Below, in pieces: positions 1-9,068 of a DNA stretch of 32,000 nt (position 1 is its first letter; each line of letters begins with the position of its first letter). The stretch spans positions 90,001 to 122,000 of the forward strand of contig NC_007614.1 in the NCBI RefSeq assembly GCF_000196355.1, given 5' to 3'. Made by a program: the position numbers and the translations under genes. The DNA is from Nitrosospira multiformis ATCC 25196. Its GTDB lineage: Bacteria > Pseudomonadota > Gammaproteobacteria > Burkholderiales > Nitrosomonadaceae. The notes below the pieces were generated by a model. The model made no database searches. It was not told where the DNA came from and saw only the letters and a program-made list of their open reading frames with translations.

Positions 1-153
1 GACATTGCCGATAAAGGTAGCCAGCTTGTTGGCATCCTGCACGGTGGCACGGTCGGCCTCCAGATGCACAGGCTTCTCGCTGTCGGCCCGCTCGGCCCGA
101 ACCGGTGCGCTGAAGAGCATTACAGCGAGAAAAGCGACAGATAGGGGTTTCAT
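1..153 (-). CDS. lptA: LptA, LPS transport periplasmic protein (partial, N-terminus only; continues off the left edge)
   Basis: Minus-strand translation from ATG at 153 gives MKPLSVAFLAVMLFSAPVRAERADSEKPVHLEADRATVQDANKLATFIGNV: signal peptide plus the OstA/LptA-type start. Directly downstream of lptC and kdsC in the usual order. Confidence 0.85.
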   Translation of the reverse strand, partial: MKPLSVAFLAVMLFSAPVRAERADSEKPVHLEADRATVQDANKLATFIGNV

Positions 154-172
154 GGGAGCAGTAAAAGAGAAC

Positions 173-745
173 CTAGCGTTTCTTGTCATGCACGACCTTT
201 ACCTGCGACAACAATTCCGTGTGGCCCGTACGATTGTTCATTTCCATTCCAATCGCTCTGATAGTGGCGTTTGTTTCAGTTATCTCCACGGGCTTGTCCG
301 TTCGCGCAATGTCCTGGTCCGGAATGAGATGCAGCAGACTGGTTGTCAAGATTGTTTCACCGCGGCCTTTACCCGCGTTTCGGACGATCACCACATTGCC
401 ACTCAAATAAATGTCTTCGCCCTCGGCAGACATCTTCGCATTATCCGCCTGCAGTTGTACTGAAGGTTTACCGGGTTCGATAGTAATTAAGCGGGGTTGT
501 TCCAGCTCAGCCGAATCATCGTCGGGATAATGCACCATTTTTTTTCCGAGAAGCATTTTGTATCCCGCGTCGTTCTCATCCGTGCGAATGGCAGAAAAAT
601 CTTCCACAACATAGTCAGGCGCCCGTACCGATATGCTCTCCGGCGCAAGCAAAGGTGTGGGCCCGTCCTGATTCAGCAGGGTTAGCAATGATGCAAACAG
701 GGCTACTATAACGAAAAGGAATCCGAAGCGAAGGTGACCCATCAT
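173..745 (-). CDS. lptC: LptC, LPS export system protein
   Basis: 190 aa, single N-terminal TM, LptC-like beta-jellyroll pattern (LSGNVVIVR... TELLSQVKVVH), located between kdsC and lptA. Confidence 0.9.
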   Translation of the reverse strand: MMGHLRFGFLFVIVALFASLLTLLNQDGPTPLLAPESISVRAPDYVVEDFSAIRTDENDAGYKMLLGKKMVHYPDDDSAELEQPRLITIEPGKPSVQLQADNAKMSAEGEDIYLSGNVVIVRNAGKGRGETILTTSLLHLIPDQDIARTDKPVEITETNATIRAIGMEMNNRTGHTELLSQVKVVHDKKR

Positions 746-1266
746 GTGAGATAAGTCGCAAGATGCGCGTCCAGCGTGTCCTGCGCCTGCATTATCATTT
801 CGCAGATCTCGCGCGCCGCCCCTCGCCCTCCTTCCAGACGGGTGATATAGTGCGCGTGCTTTTTCACGAGGGCAGGGGCGGCAGGTACAGAGATGGCAAG
901 ACCGCAGCGCAGCAGGATCGGCAGATCGATCAGATCATCTCCCACGTATGCACAGGCGGAGGCATCCAGGTGCTGGTCCTCAAGCAAGGCCTCGAATGCG
1001 GGAAGCTTGTTTTTTGCGCCTTGATAGACGAGGGTAACGCCCCAGTCCTTTGCCTTCAAATCCACACAGCGGGACTGACGGCCAGTGATAAGCGCCACCT
1101 TGACTCCCGTGGCCTTGAGCATTTTCAGGCCATGGCCATCCTGGCTGTTGAACGCTTTGATTTCCTCACCTCCGTCCGTGAGATAGAGGCTCCCGTCCGT
1201 GAGCACGCCATCCACATCGAAGATAACCATCGTGATCTTTCTTGCCTTTTCGTATATGTGTTGCAT
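742..1266 (-). CDS. kdsC: 3-deoxy-D-manno-octulosonate 8-phosphate phosphatase (HAD family)
   Basis: 174 aa with MVIFDVDGVLTDGSLY, NSQDGHGLKML, ALITGR, YVGDDLIDLP motifs of KdsC. Overlaps the start of lptC by 4 nt. Confidence 0.93.
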   Translation of the reverse strand: MQHIYEKARKITMVIFDVDGVLTDGSLYLTDGGEEIKAFNSQDGHGLKMLKATGVKVALITGRQSRCVDLKAKDWGVTLVYQGAKNKLPAFEALLEDQHLDASACAYVGDDLIDLPILLRCGLAISVPAAPALVKKHAHYITRLEGGRGAAREICEMIMQAQDTLDAHLATYLT

Positions 1267-1487
1267 TTTGCTATGGGTTGAAACAGTCGGATCGAATGAA
1301 CTTGTAAAAACTCTGGAGCACCCTGCATGCGTATGAATGCCGAAACTCGGTGAGAAGTAGGAGATGAATACCGCAGCTACCCGCTGTGTCGTTGTGAGGT
1401 TGCCGCGTCAGCCCGAGCGGGCACTGATGGACGGAAGCAAGGTGTTTCCGATCTAAGGAAGTAAAACTATCCGATGAAAAGCCGTGA

Positions 1488-2447
1488 TCAGTTTCTTGGC
1501 AATGGGAACACCACTGACTCTACCACTCCTCTCAGCTCTTCCACCACCACTTCCCTTTCCGCTTGCTCTGACACGATTTGTCTGAGTCGCGAGATGACTT
1601 CCTGTACAAGCACTTCCGGCGCCGATGCCCCCGCGGTAATACCGATCCGCATTTTGCCTTTCAGCCAGGCTTCCTGCAATTGTTCCGCCCGGTCCAGCAT
1701 GTACGCGTCCACGCCGGCATTTCTCGCGACTTCACACAGACGGTTGGAGTTGGAGCTATTGGGCGAGCCCACCACAATCACGAGATCGCACTGCTTGACC
1801 ATCGTTTTTACCGCATCCTGCCGGTTCTGGGTGGCGTAACAGATATCATCCTTTTTGGGACCGAGGATATTGGGGAAACGGCCTTTCAGGGCCTGGATCA
1901 CCCGATTGGCATCATCCACGGACAAGGTGGTCTGGGTCACGTAAGCCAGGTGAGCCGGATCCTGCACCTGCAGTTTCTCGACATCCTCTTCTGTTTCCAC
2001 CAGATACATGGAAGGACCATCTCCCTCGGCCTGGCCCATGGTACCTTCCACCTCCGGATGTCCCGCATGGCCGATCATGATGATTTCTCTTCCCTGGTCC
2101 CGCATCTTTGCCACTTCAATGTGGACTTTGGTCACGAGCGGACAGGTGGCATCGAATACCTTGAATTGTCCCGCCTCGGCTTCGCGTCGCACCGCATGGG
2201 AAACTCCGTGAGCACTGAAGATCAGAATGCTGCCGGCTGGAACTTCATCGAGGTTCTCGACAAATACTGCTCCCTTTTTTTCCAGATCCTCCACTACGAA
2301 ACGGTTATGCACCACTTCGTGGCGCACATAGATCGGCGCGCCATGCACGCTCAGTGCACGCTCGACAATTTCGATTGCCCGGTCCACGCCTGCACAGAAA
2401 CCGCGAGGGTTTGCAAGCAATACCTTGATCATTTCGCCGTTTTCCAT
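1488..2447 (-). CDS. ispH: 4-hydroxy-3-methylbut-2-enyl diphosphate reductase
   Basis: [41 protein letters not shown] motifs. Start placed at the internal ATG 2447, preceded by a GAGGTG Shine-Dalgarno; the ORF track starts at 2471. Confidence 0.95.
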   Translation of the reverse strand: MENGEMIKVLLANPRGFCAGVDRAIEIVERALSVHGAPIYVRHEVVHNRFVVEDLEKKGAVFVENLDEVPAGSILIFSAHGVSHAVRREAEAGQFKVFDATCPLVTKVHIEVAKMRDQGREIIMIGHAGHPEVEGTMGQAEGDGPSMYLVETEEDVEKLQVQDPAHLAYVTQTTLSVDDANRVIQALKGRFPNILGPKKDDICYATQNRQDAVKTMVKQCDLVIVVGSPNSSNSNRLCEVARNAGVDAYMLDRAEQLQEAWLKGKMRIGITAGASAPEVLVQEVISRLRQIVSEQAEREVVVEELRGVVESVVFPLPRN

Positions 2448-2719
2448 TAAATACACCTCATTCAAGCACAAATACCGCTGGCGGTACGGTCAGCATTCGA
2501 CCTATACCCTCAATTTAATCCTTTGTATAACCTCTGCATGCCTGCGAGTGCCAGTCATTCTACAAATCGTGAGGCATTTAATGCAGACCGGGGAAGGCAA
2601 AAGCATAAACACTTATTTTACCATTCATCTGTTTTCTCAAGAGAAATTCTTATCCTCCTGATTGACAAATCCGCTTTCCTGAGCGCCTGCCGGTGCAGGC
2701 TCATGGGGGGGCACGAAAA

Positions 2720-3715
2720 TCAGGAATCAGGCAGGCGGACGATTTTCCGGCGGGAACGAACGCATTCCAGCTGCTCGCAAACCAGATGGGCGCCCCGCAA
2801 CACACGCGTCGTCTGCCGTTGGATCAGATCGGGGTGCACAAAAAATACATTGTTATTCCTCACCGCGCTGAGCGGCGAAAACTGTCGGAGGAAAGCCTTG
2901 ACTTCAGCGGGCGCGCTTTCGTCCTGCTCCAGTGAGACGCTGCTGATGATGGCATCCGGGTCCGCCTCCAGCAGGTTTTCCCCGGACACCACCGGCGTCA
3001 GGGAAGATTCCCGCGCAAACACATTCGTGCCACCGCATATCTGGATGACATCGCTGATGAGGTGCTGGTTGTTTATCGTCATCAGCGGTTGATGCCAGAT
3101 CAACTGGAATACGCTGACCCTGGGCCGGTTGCTGTAGCTGCTCTGGATCCCCTGCAATTCCTCTTCATAGGCTTTCGCTGCCCGTTCCGCCGGCCCTGAT
3201 GTTCCCGCCAGCGTGCCGATAATTCGCAGCAGGCGCGACACATCGGCCAGCGTGACTGCTTCTGTCGCAAAAACAGTCAGGCCAAGTCTTTCCAGCTTCT
3301 CGATATCGGCTCTGGCATTGCCACTGCGCCAGGCCAGCAGCAGATCGGGCTGTAGTGCGACAATTCTCTCAAGATCCAGACTGAATGAGTCCCCTATGTC
3401 GGGAATGGATTTTGCGGCATCCGGATAATTGCTGTGCCTGCTGACTCCAACCAGTTTTTTCCCAGCTCCAGCAGCAAATATCAGTTCAGTGACGTTGGGT
3501 GAAAGTGAAATGATGCGCATTGCAGCGTGAGTCATCCGAACACGGCGACCGTCATCGTCCGTCACTGTCGTCGGAAAACCCGATAAACATGTTCCTGTTG
3601 CGGGAGTGGCAAAACCTGGGGAGGATGACGGTCGAATTACGCCGCCAGCATTGCCGGAATCCATGAGAGCCGATGTAAACAACGCGAACAGCAGGATCAG
3701 GACGTGACGTATCAC
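2720..3715 (-). CDS. Periplasmic cobalamin/heme-type ABC substrate-binding protein (BtuF-like)
   Basis: Signal peptide, then RIISLSPNVTELIFAAGAGKKLVGVSRHSNYPDAAKSIPDIG...PDLLLAW, BtuF/periplasmic binding protein fold signatures. Confidence 0.85.
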   Translation of the reverse strand: MIRHVLILLFALFTSALMDSGNAGGVIRPSSSPGFATPATGTCLSGFPTTVTDDDGRRVRMTHAAMRIISLSPNVTELIFAAGAGKKLVGVSRHSNYPDAAKSIPDIGDSFSLDLERIVALQPDLLLAWRSGNARADIEKLERLGLTVFATEAVTLADVSRLLRIIGTLAGTSGPAERAAKAYEEELQGIQSSYSNRPRVSVFQLIWHQPLMTINNQHLISDVIQICGGTNVFARESSLTPVVSGENLLEADPDAIISSVSLEQDESAPAEVKAFLRQFSPLSAVRNNNVFFVHPDLIQRQTTRVLRGAHLVCEQLECVRSRRKIVRLPDS

Positions 3716-3839
3716 GTCACGCTGCTCCCTTCCGGCACGTCCATGGAGAAGGACTGGAAAGAATGAGAAAGGGGAAGCTGAGGCAGCTGGCGGCGCGGCG
3801 TGCCTGGTGTCTATTCGAAAAGAAATTCAGACTGGCAAT

Positions 3840-4994
3840 TCAGGCGCTTTGTACCGAGGAAGGCAGCGCCGGCTCGGTATCTTCCTGATAACGCTGGGCA
3901 AGGGCAACACGCTGCTCATAAGCTTTCCGTGCAATAGCCACGTCTTCCAGGAAAAGCGGCAATTCCCTCATCAGCAACGCCTGGGGTCCATCCACCAACG
4001 CTTTCCCCGGCGCGGGGTGAAAATCCACCAGTATCATATTGGCGCCGGCGATGACGCCCTGCACCGTTGCATGCATGATATCGAGTATGCCATCCGGAGA
4101 CGCGGCTCTCATTCCGACCGAATGCGACGGATCAATGCAGACCGGCATGCGCGTCAGTCGCTTGACCACTGGCACATGGGCAAAATCGACAAAATTGCGA
4201 TGCGGATCCCCCATGTTGGTTTTCATGCCGCGCAGACCGAAAACGACTTTACGGTTGCCCTCGGATGCCAGATATTCCGCAGCGTTGAGAGATTCATCGA
4301 GGGTAATACCAAAACCCCGCTTGAGCAGCACCGGAAAATCCTGCTGGCGTCCCACTATTTTCAGCAACTCGAAATTCTGTGTGTTGCGCGTGCCGATCTG
4401 CAGAATTACCCCGGTGGCATTGCCGGTGCGATAAAGCGCATCACAGATTTCCTCGAGGTGAGATTCGTGGGTGATTTCCATGGCTATCACCCGGATGCCA
4501 TATTTTCCGGCCAGTTCGAATACGTAGGGTAAACAGGCCTTGCCGTGGCCCTGAAACGAGTAGGGGCTGGTACGGGGCTTGTAGGCTCCCATGCGGGTGC
4601 ACACTTGTCCGTTGTCCCGCAGCGCCTGCATCATCAGTTCTACGTGCTCGAGCGTATCTACTGCGCACAGTCCGGCAAAAACATTCAGGGTATCCTGACC
4701 GAAACGCACTCCGTTATAATCGAAATAAGTAGGCCGGTGATCATCCTTGTGCCGGCCAAGAACACGATACTCCTCCGAGATCCGAACAACCTGCTCTACA
4801 CACGGCAGGTTTTGCATATCCTCGACCAACAGCGCCTTGGTGTTCCCGATCAGGTACACTTCGGTGAGCGTCTGCTCGCTGCCGACCTCGGTGCGCACTC
4901 GAGTGGATATTCCCGGCATATTGGCAAGATATGCCAATAACTGCTTGTAGTCGGGACTTTCAGGTCCGGTATCCGGGCTAAGTACAAGAATCAT
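3840..4994 (-). CDS. 3-deoxy-7-phosphoheptulonate synthase-like protein (type I beta family, divergent)
   Basis: YKPRTSPYSFQGHG, LQIGTRNTQNFELLK, VLLKRGFG, CIDPSHSVG match the DAHP synthase/KdsA superfamily. Start taken at the internal Met (MILVLSPD). Confidence 0.8.
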   Translation of the reverse strand: MILVLSPDTGPESPDYKQLLAYLANMPGISTRVRTEVGSEQTLTEVYLIGNTKALLVEDMQNLPCVEQVVRISEEYRVLGRHKDDHRPTYFDYNGVRFGQDTLNVFAGLCAVDTLEHVELMMQALRDNGQVCTRMGAYKPRTSPYSFQGHGKACLPYVFELAGKYGIRVIAMEITHESHLEEICDALYRTGNATGVILQIGTRNTQNFELLKIVGRQQDFPVLLKRGFGITLDESLNAAEYLASEGNRKVVFGLRGMKTNMGDPHRNFVDFAHVPVVKRLTRMPVCIDPSHSVGMRAASPDGILDIMHATVQGVIAGANMILVDFHPAPGKALVDGPQALLMRELPLFLEDVAIARKAYEQRVALAQRYQEDTEPALPSSVQSA

Positions 4995-5265
4995 AAAATA
5001 GAATCGGTTTGGGCAACGGGGAGGGCTTGGGCGCCAAGTCAAGGAACGGATTCTAACCGAAAAAACCAATGCTTGTCATTCAATCGAATATCGCGTTTAA
5101 TCCCTTGAATAAAACAGATTTCAATCCCGAATCACTCGCAACGCAAACCGGGAACTGTACGAAGCGCTTTGGCGAAAATATAGAGGTTGATCCACGACAC
5201 AGGCAATTACCATAGGGATAGCCTTTTCCCGGCTATCGTGACCGAACAGGGCAGAAGAACCCGGA

Positions 5266-6237
5266 ATGAAAAAAAAAACGGGCTATTCCCCTTATCCGCC
5301 TGCAATTTTTCTGATGGGGCCGACGGCAAGCGGGAAAAGCGCCCTCGCGCTGCATATCGCACGTTATCTTCCGGTGGAGATCATCAGCGTGGATTCCGCG
5401 CAGGTCTATCGCCACATGAATATCGGCACCGCGAAACCAGGCCCGGAAGCGCTGGCGGCCACGCCTCATCATCTCATCGATCTGATCGATCCGCATGAGC
5501 ATTATTCTGCTGCCCGGTTCCGCACTGACGCGCTGCGCACAATGCGGGAGATTGCGGACCGGGGCAGTATTCCGCTTCTGGCGGGCGGCACGATGCTCTA
5601 TTTCAAGACGCTCCTTGAGGGGCTTTCGGAACTTCCTTCCGCGGACAGCGACGTGCGCGCTGCGATTGAAGCCAAAGCCCGAAAAAGCGGCTGGCCCGCG
5701 ATGCACCAGGAGTTGTTCCGGCTGGACTCCGTCAGCGCGGAACGCATCAAACCAACCGACAGCCAGCGCATACAGCGTGCGCTGGAAGTGTTCTATCTCA
5801 CCGGCAAACCCATGTCGGAAACACTGAGGAAGCCGAAAAATGTTTCACTACCTTACGAAGTTGTCAAGATTGCGCTCGTTCCCGGCAACCGTCAGGCCCT
5901 GCACCAGCGCATCGCATGTCGTTTCGAGCAAATGCTGAAGCATGGATTAATTGATGAGGTGCGGGCAATCCGTGATAAATTCTATCTCAGTGATGAGAAC
6001 CCTTCGATGCGGTGCGTGGGTTACCGGCAGGTGTGGATGCATCTGGAAAACGCAACCGACGCATTGCGAATGCGGGAAATGGCGTTGGCCGCTACCCGGC
6101 AATTGGCGAAACGCCAACTCACCTGGCTTCGTTCCATGAAAGAAACCAGAGAATTCGACTGCCTGCAAGAAAATCTGCCTGAACAGGTGAAAACATACCT
6201 CCTCAACACTGGATTGAAGTTTACAGAGGTTTCATAA
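5266..6237 (+). CDS. miaA: tRNA dimethylallyltransferase
   Basis: FLMGPTASGKSALALHIA, ISVDSAQVYRHMNIGTAKP, HHLIDLIDP, AGGTMLYFK motifs. Confidence 0.95.
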   Translation: MKKKTGYSPYPPAIFLMGPTASGKSALALHIARYLPVEIISVDSAQVYRHMNIGTAKPGPEALAATPHHLIDLIDPHEHYSAARFRTDALRTMREIADRGSIPLLAGGTMLYFKTLLEGLSELPSADSDVRAAIEAKARKSGWPAMHQELFRLDSVSAERIKPTDSQRIQRALEVFYLTGKPMSETLRKPKNVSLPYEVVKIALVPGNRQALHQRIACRFEQMLKHGLIDEVRAIRDKFYLSDENPSMRCVGYRQVWMHLENATDALRMREMALAATRQLAKRQLTWLRSMKETREFDCLQENLPEQVKTYLLNTGLKFTEVS

Positions 6238-6296
6238 TCGGTAATTATTTAATCAGCGCGAGATTGGTATTTTTTATTCTGACCAGGAAAAATAAA

Positions 6297-6656
6297 ATGA
6301 TCGATAGATATAAACCCATAGCCTTAGCAGCCGTCGCCCTCGCAGGCGCCCTCTCCCTGGCGGGTTGCGGACAAGAAGAGAAGGTGCATGAATCATGGAA
6401 GACGCCGGAACCCCAGGCGGTTGTGGATGACAGCACTCTCAACAGTTCGATACAGGGCGCCTTGAAATTGGATCCGGAGGTCCGGCATCTCGACATCCGG
6501 GTGGAAGCGCATAATGGAACGGTAATGCTGAGCGGTTTTGCGGATAACCAGGCTCAACTGGATCGTGTCAACATGCTCGCGTGGATGGTTGAAGGAGTGA
6601 AGAAAGTGGATAACAAGATGAATGTTCGCGGTACCCCCGCTCCGGGTGACGGCTGA
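6297..6656 (+). CDS. BON-domain lipoprotein
   Basis: Signal peptide with lipobox (LSLAGCGQ) followed by a BON domain (ALKLDPEVRHLDIRVEAHNGTVMLSGFADNQAQLDRVNMLAWMVEGVKKVDNKM). Start at ATG 6297, after an AGGAAAA Shine-Dalgarno. Confidence 0.85.
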   Translation: MIDRYKPIALAAVALAGALSLAGCGQEEKVHESWKTPEPQAVVDDSTLNSSIQGALKLDPEVRHLDIRVEAHNGTVMLSGFADNQAQLDRVNMLAWMVEGVKKVDNKMNVRGTPAPGDG

Positions 6657-6721
6657 GAAGCTGCACGAGTATAGGGAGCCGGTTTTTTACAGGTGTCACA
6701 AACCTACCAAGGAAAATTGCC

Positions 6722-9061
6722 TTGATCTCATCTCTGCTTCTGACGCTGATTTTAGTTGCCGGCGTCATCATTTTCGTACCGCAGGTGCGCCGCATCCTCA
6801 TTTCCAGCCGCCTGCTGAAAATCTTCCGTAAGATTCTGCCCCATATCTCGCAAACCGAGCAGGAAGCGCTGGATGCCGGCACGGTATGGTGGGAGGCAGA
6901 GCTGTTCAGCGGCAGACCGGACTGGAGCAAGCTGCTGGCATTCCCCAAGCCCAAGCTGCAGGCGGAAGAAAAAGCCTTTCTGGACGGTCCTGTGGAAGAA
7001 CTGTGCGCGATGCTGGATGAATGGCAGATCACGCGGGAATTGCATGATCTGCCGCCCCACGTATGGCAGTTCATCAAGGACAAGGGTTTTTTTGGCATGA
7101 TTATTCCCAAGGAGTACGGGGGGCTCGGCTTTTCCGCGTTCGCGCACTCCGAGGTCATCCTGAAAATCAGTTCACGCAGTGGTACCGCTGCAGTGACCGT
7201 AATGGTGCCGAATTCGCTGGGTCCCTCTGAACTGCTGCTGCAATATGGCACGGAAGAGCAGAAGAGTTACTATCTTCCGCGGCTGGCGAAGGGATTGGAG
7301 GTGCCGTGTTTCGGGCTCACGGGACCTGAAGCAGGTTCGGATGCAAGCGCCATTCCCGATTCGGCCATCGTATGTTATGGCACGTTCAACGGTAATGAGA
7401 AGGTGCTGGGCATGCGCGTGACCTGGGAGAAGCGCTACATCACGCTCGGCCCGGTCGCGACCCTCCTTGGACTTGCATTCAAGCTCCATGATCCGGATGG
7501 ACTCCTGGGTGGGCAGAGGGATCTTGGCATCACCCTGGCGCTGATTCCCACTGATACGCCGGGTGTGGAGATCGGTCGCCGCCATTTTCCGCTCGATGCC
7601 GCCTTTCAGAACGGCCCCAATTCTGGAAAGGACGTTTTCATCCCCATGGAGTATGTGATCGGGGGGATCGAGGGGGTAGGACGAGGCTGGCGCATGCTGA
7701 TGAACTGCCTTGCTGCCGGCCGCTCCATCTCCCTGCCCGCCACCAGCACTGGCGGAGCCAAGCTGGCCACACGCGCAACGGGCGCTTACAGCAGAGTACG
7801 GGTGCAGTTCAAACAGCCTATCGGATTTTTTGAGGGTGTCGAAGAAGCGCTTGCACGCATCGGGGGTCATACCTACATGATGGATGCGGCGCGAATGATG
7901 ACTGCGGGAGCGGTGGATCTCGGGCAAAAGCCTTCCGTGATCTCCGCCATTGTCAAATACCATCTCACTGAGCGGGGACGCGAGGTGATCAATGATGCAA
8001 TGGATGTGCATGGAGGCAAGGGCATCTGCCTGGGGCCGGGCAACTACCTGGGGCGCAACTATCAGCAGATTCCGGTCAGCATCACTGTGGAAGGCGCCAA
8101 CATCCTCACGCGAAACATGATCATTTTCGGTCAGGGCGCGATACGCTGCCATCCATACCTGCTGAAGGAAATCCGTGCCGCCGGAGACTTGGACACGAAG
8201 CGGGGGCTGGTGGAATTCGACAAGGCTCTGGCCGGGCATTTTGTCTTTACGGTCGGCAATGGTTTGCGATCGCTCATGCACGGTCTTACCGGCGGCAGGT
8301 TTGCGAAGGCGCCGTTGAACACGGATCCGGAAGTACAGGATTACTACAGCCAGCTGACGCGTTGCTCGGCCTCTTTCGCCTTTCTCGCTGATATCTCCCT
8401 TCTGGTTCTGGGCGGGTCGCTCAAACGCAGGGAGCGTTTATCCGCACGCCTGGGCGATATTCTAAGCCTTCTCTATTTATGCTCCGCTGTGCTGAAACGC
8501 TTTAACGATGATCGCCGACCCCCTTCTGACTTGCCGCTGCTGCATTGGTCCATGCAGGATGCGTTGTATCGCGTGCAACAGGCCTTCGATGGGGTACTGG
8601 ATAATTTTCCCGCTACCGGATTCACACGACGCGTATTGCGATTCATGGTGTTTCCGCTGGGCAAACCGTTCTCTCCGCCCCCGGACGAGCTGGAACAAAA
8701 AATTGCGACATTGATGCTGGCGCCCGGCGACGCGCGTGATCGCCTCACTGCCGGTATTTACATACCCACAGCCAAAGACGAGCCGCTGAATATTCTGGAA
8801 CAGGCACTGCAGCATGCAGTGTCCTGTGAGGCAACGGAAGCCAAGCTGCGTACGGCGATAAAGAGCGGGCAGATTCCCGCGCAGGAAGAAGAGAGTATCG
8901 CGGCTGCCCTGAAGCAAAGAGTCATTACGTCTACGGAACTGGAAATATTGAAAAAAATGGGAGCCTTGCGCCGCCGCGTGATCATGGTGGACGATTTTCC
9001 TTCTGACTTCGGCTCGAGATCGGACGCGGCAGCTGAAGCTGCTTCGCCAATCAACGCATGA
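6722..9061 (+). CDS. fadE: Acyl-CoA dehydrogenase, FadE type (long form with extended C-terminus)
   Basis: 779 aa, N-terminal TM, GMIIPKEYGGLGFSAFAHSEV, LTGPEAGSDA, DVHGGKGICLG, EGANILTRNMIIFGQGAIRCHP motifs. TTG start. Confidence 0.92.
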   Translation: MISSLLLTLILVAGVIIFVPQVRRILISSRLLKIFRKILPHISQTEQEALDAGTVWWEAELFSGRPDWSKLLAFPKPKLQAEEKAFLDGPVEELCAMLDEWQITRELHDLPPHVWQFIKDKGFFGMIIPKEYGGLGFSAFAHSEVILKISSRSGTAAVTVMVPNSLGPSELLLQYGTEEQKSYYLPRLAKGLEVPCFGLTGPEAGSDASAIPDSAIVCYGTFNGNEKVLGMRVTWEKRYITLGPVATLLGLAFKLHDPDGLLGGQRDLGITLALIPTDTPGVEIGRRHFPLDAAFQNGPNSGKDVFIPMEYVIGGIEGVGRGWRMLMNCLAAGRSISLPATSTGGAKLATRATGAYSRVRVQFKQPIGFFEGVEEALARIGGHTYMMDAARMMTAGAVDLGQKPSVISAIVKYHLTERGREVINDAMDVHGGKGICLGPGNYLGRNYQQIPVSITVEGANILTRNMIIFGQGAIRCHPYLLKEIRAAGDLDTKRGLVEFDKALAGHFVFTVGNGLRSLMHGLTGGRFAKAPLNTDPEVQDYYSQLTRCSASFAFLADISLLVLGGSLKRRERLSARLGDILSLLYLCSAVLKRFNDDRRPPSDLPLLHWSMQDALYRVQQAFDGVLDNFPATGFTRRVLRFMVFPLGKPFSPPPDELEQKIATLMLAPGDARDRLTAGIYIPTAKDEPLNILEQALQHAVSCEATEAKLRTAIKSGQIPAQEEESIAAALKQRVITSTELEILKKMGALRRRVIMVDDFPSDFGSRSDAAAEAASPINA

Positions 9062-9068
9062 GCACTAT

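Noticed and set aside
1578-2450. 290-aa plus-strand ORF opposite ispH
   Set aside because: Antisense shadow of a clear ispH coding sequence; Cys/His-rich low-complexity translation with no domain.
7172-8281. 369-aa minus-strand ORF inside fadE
   Set aside because: Shadow ORF in high-GC sequence; the + strand frame carries all acyl-CoA dehydrogenase motifs.
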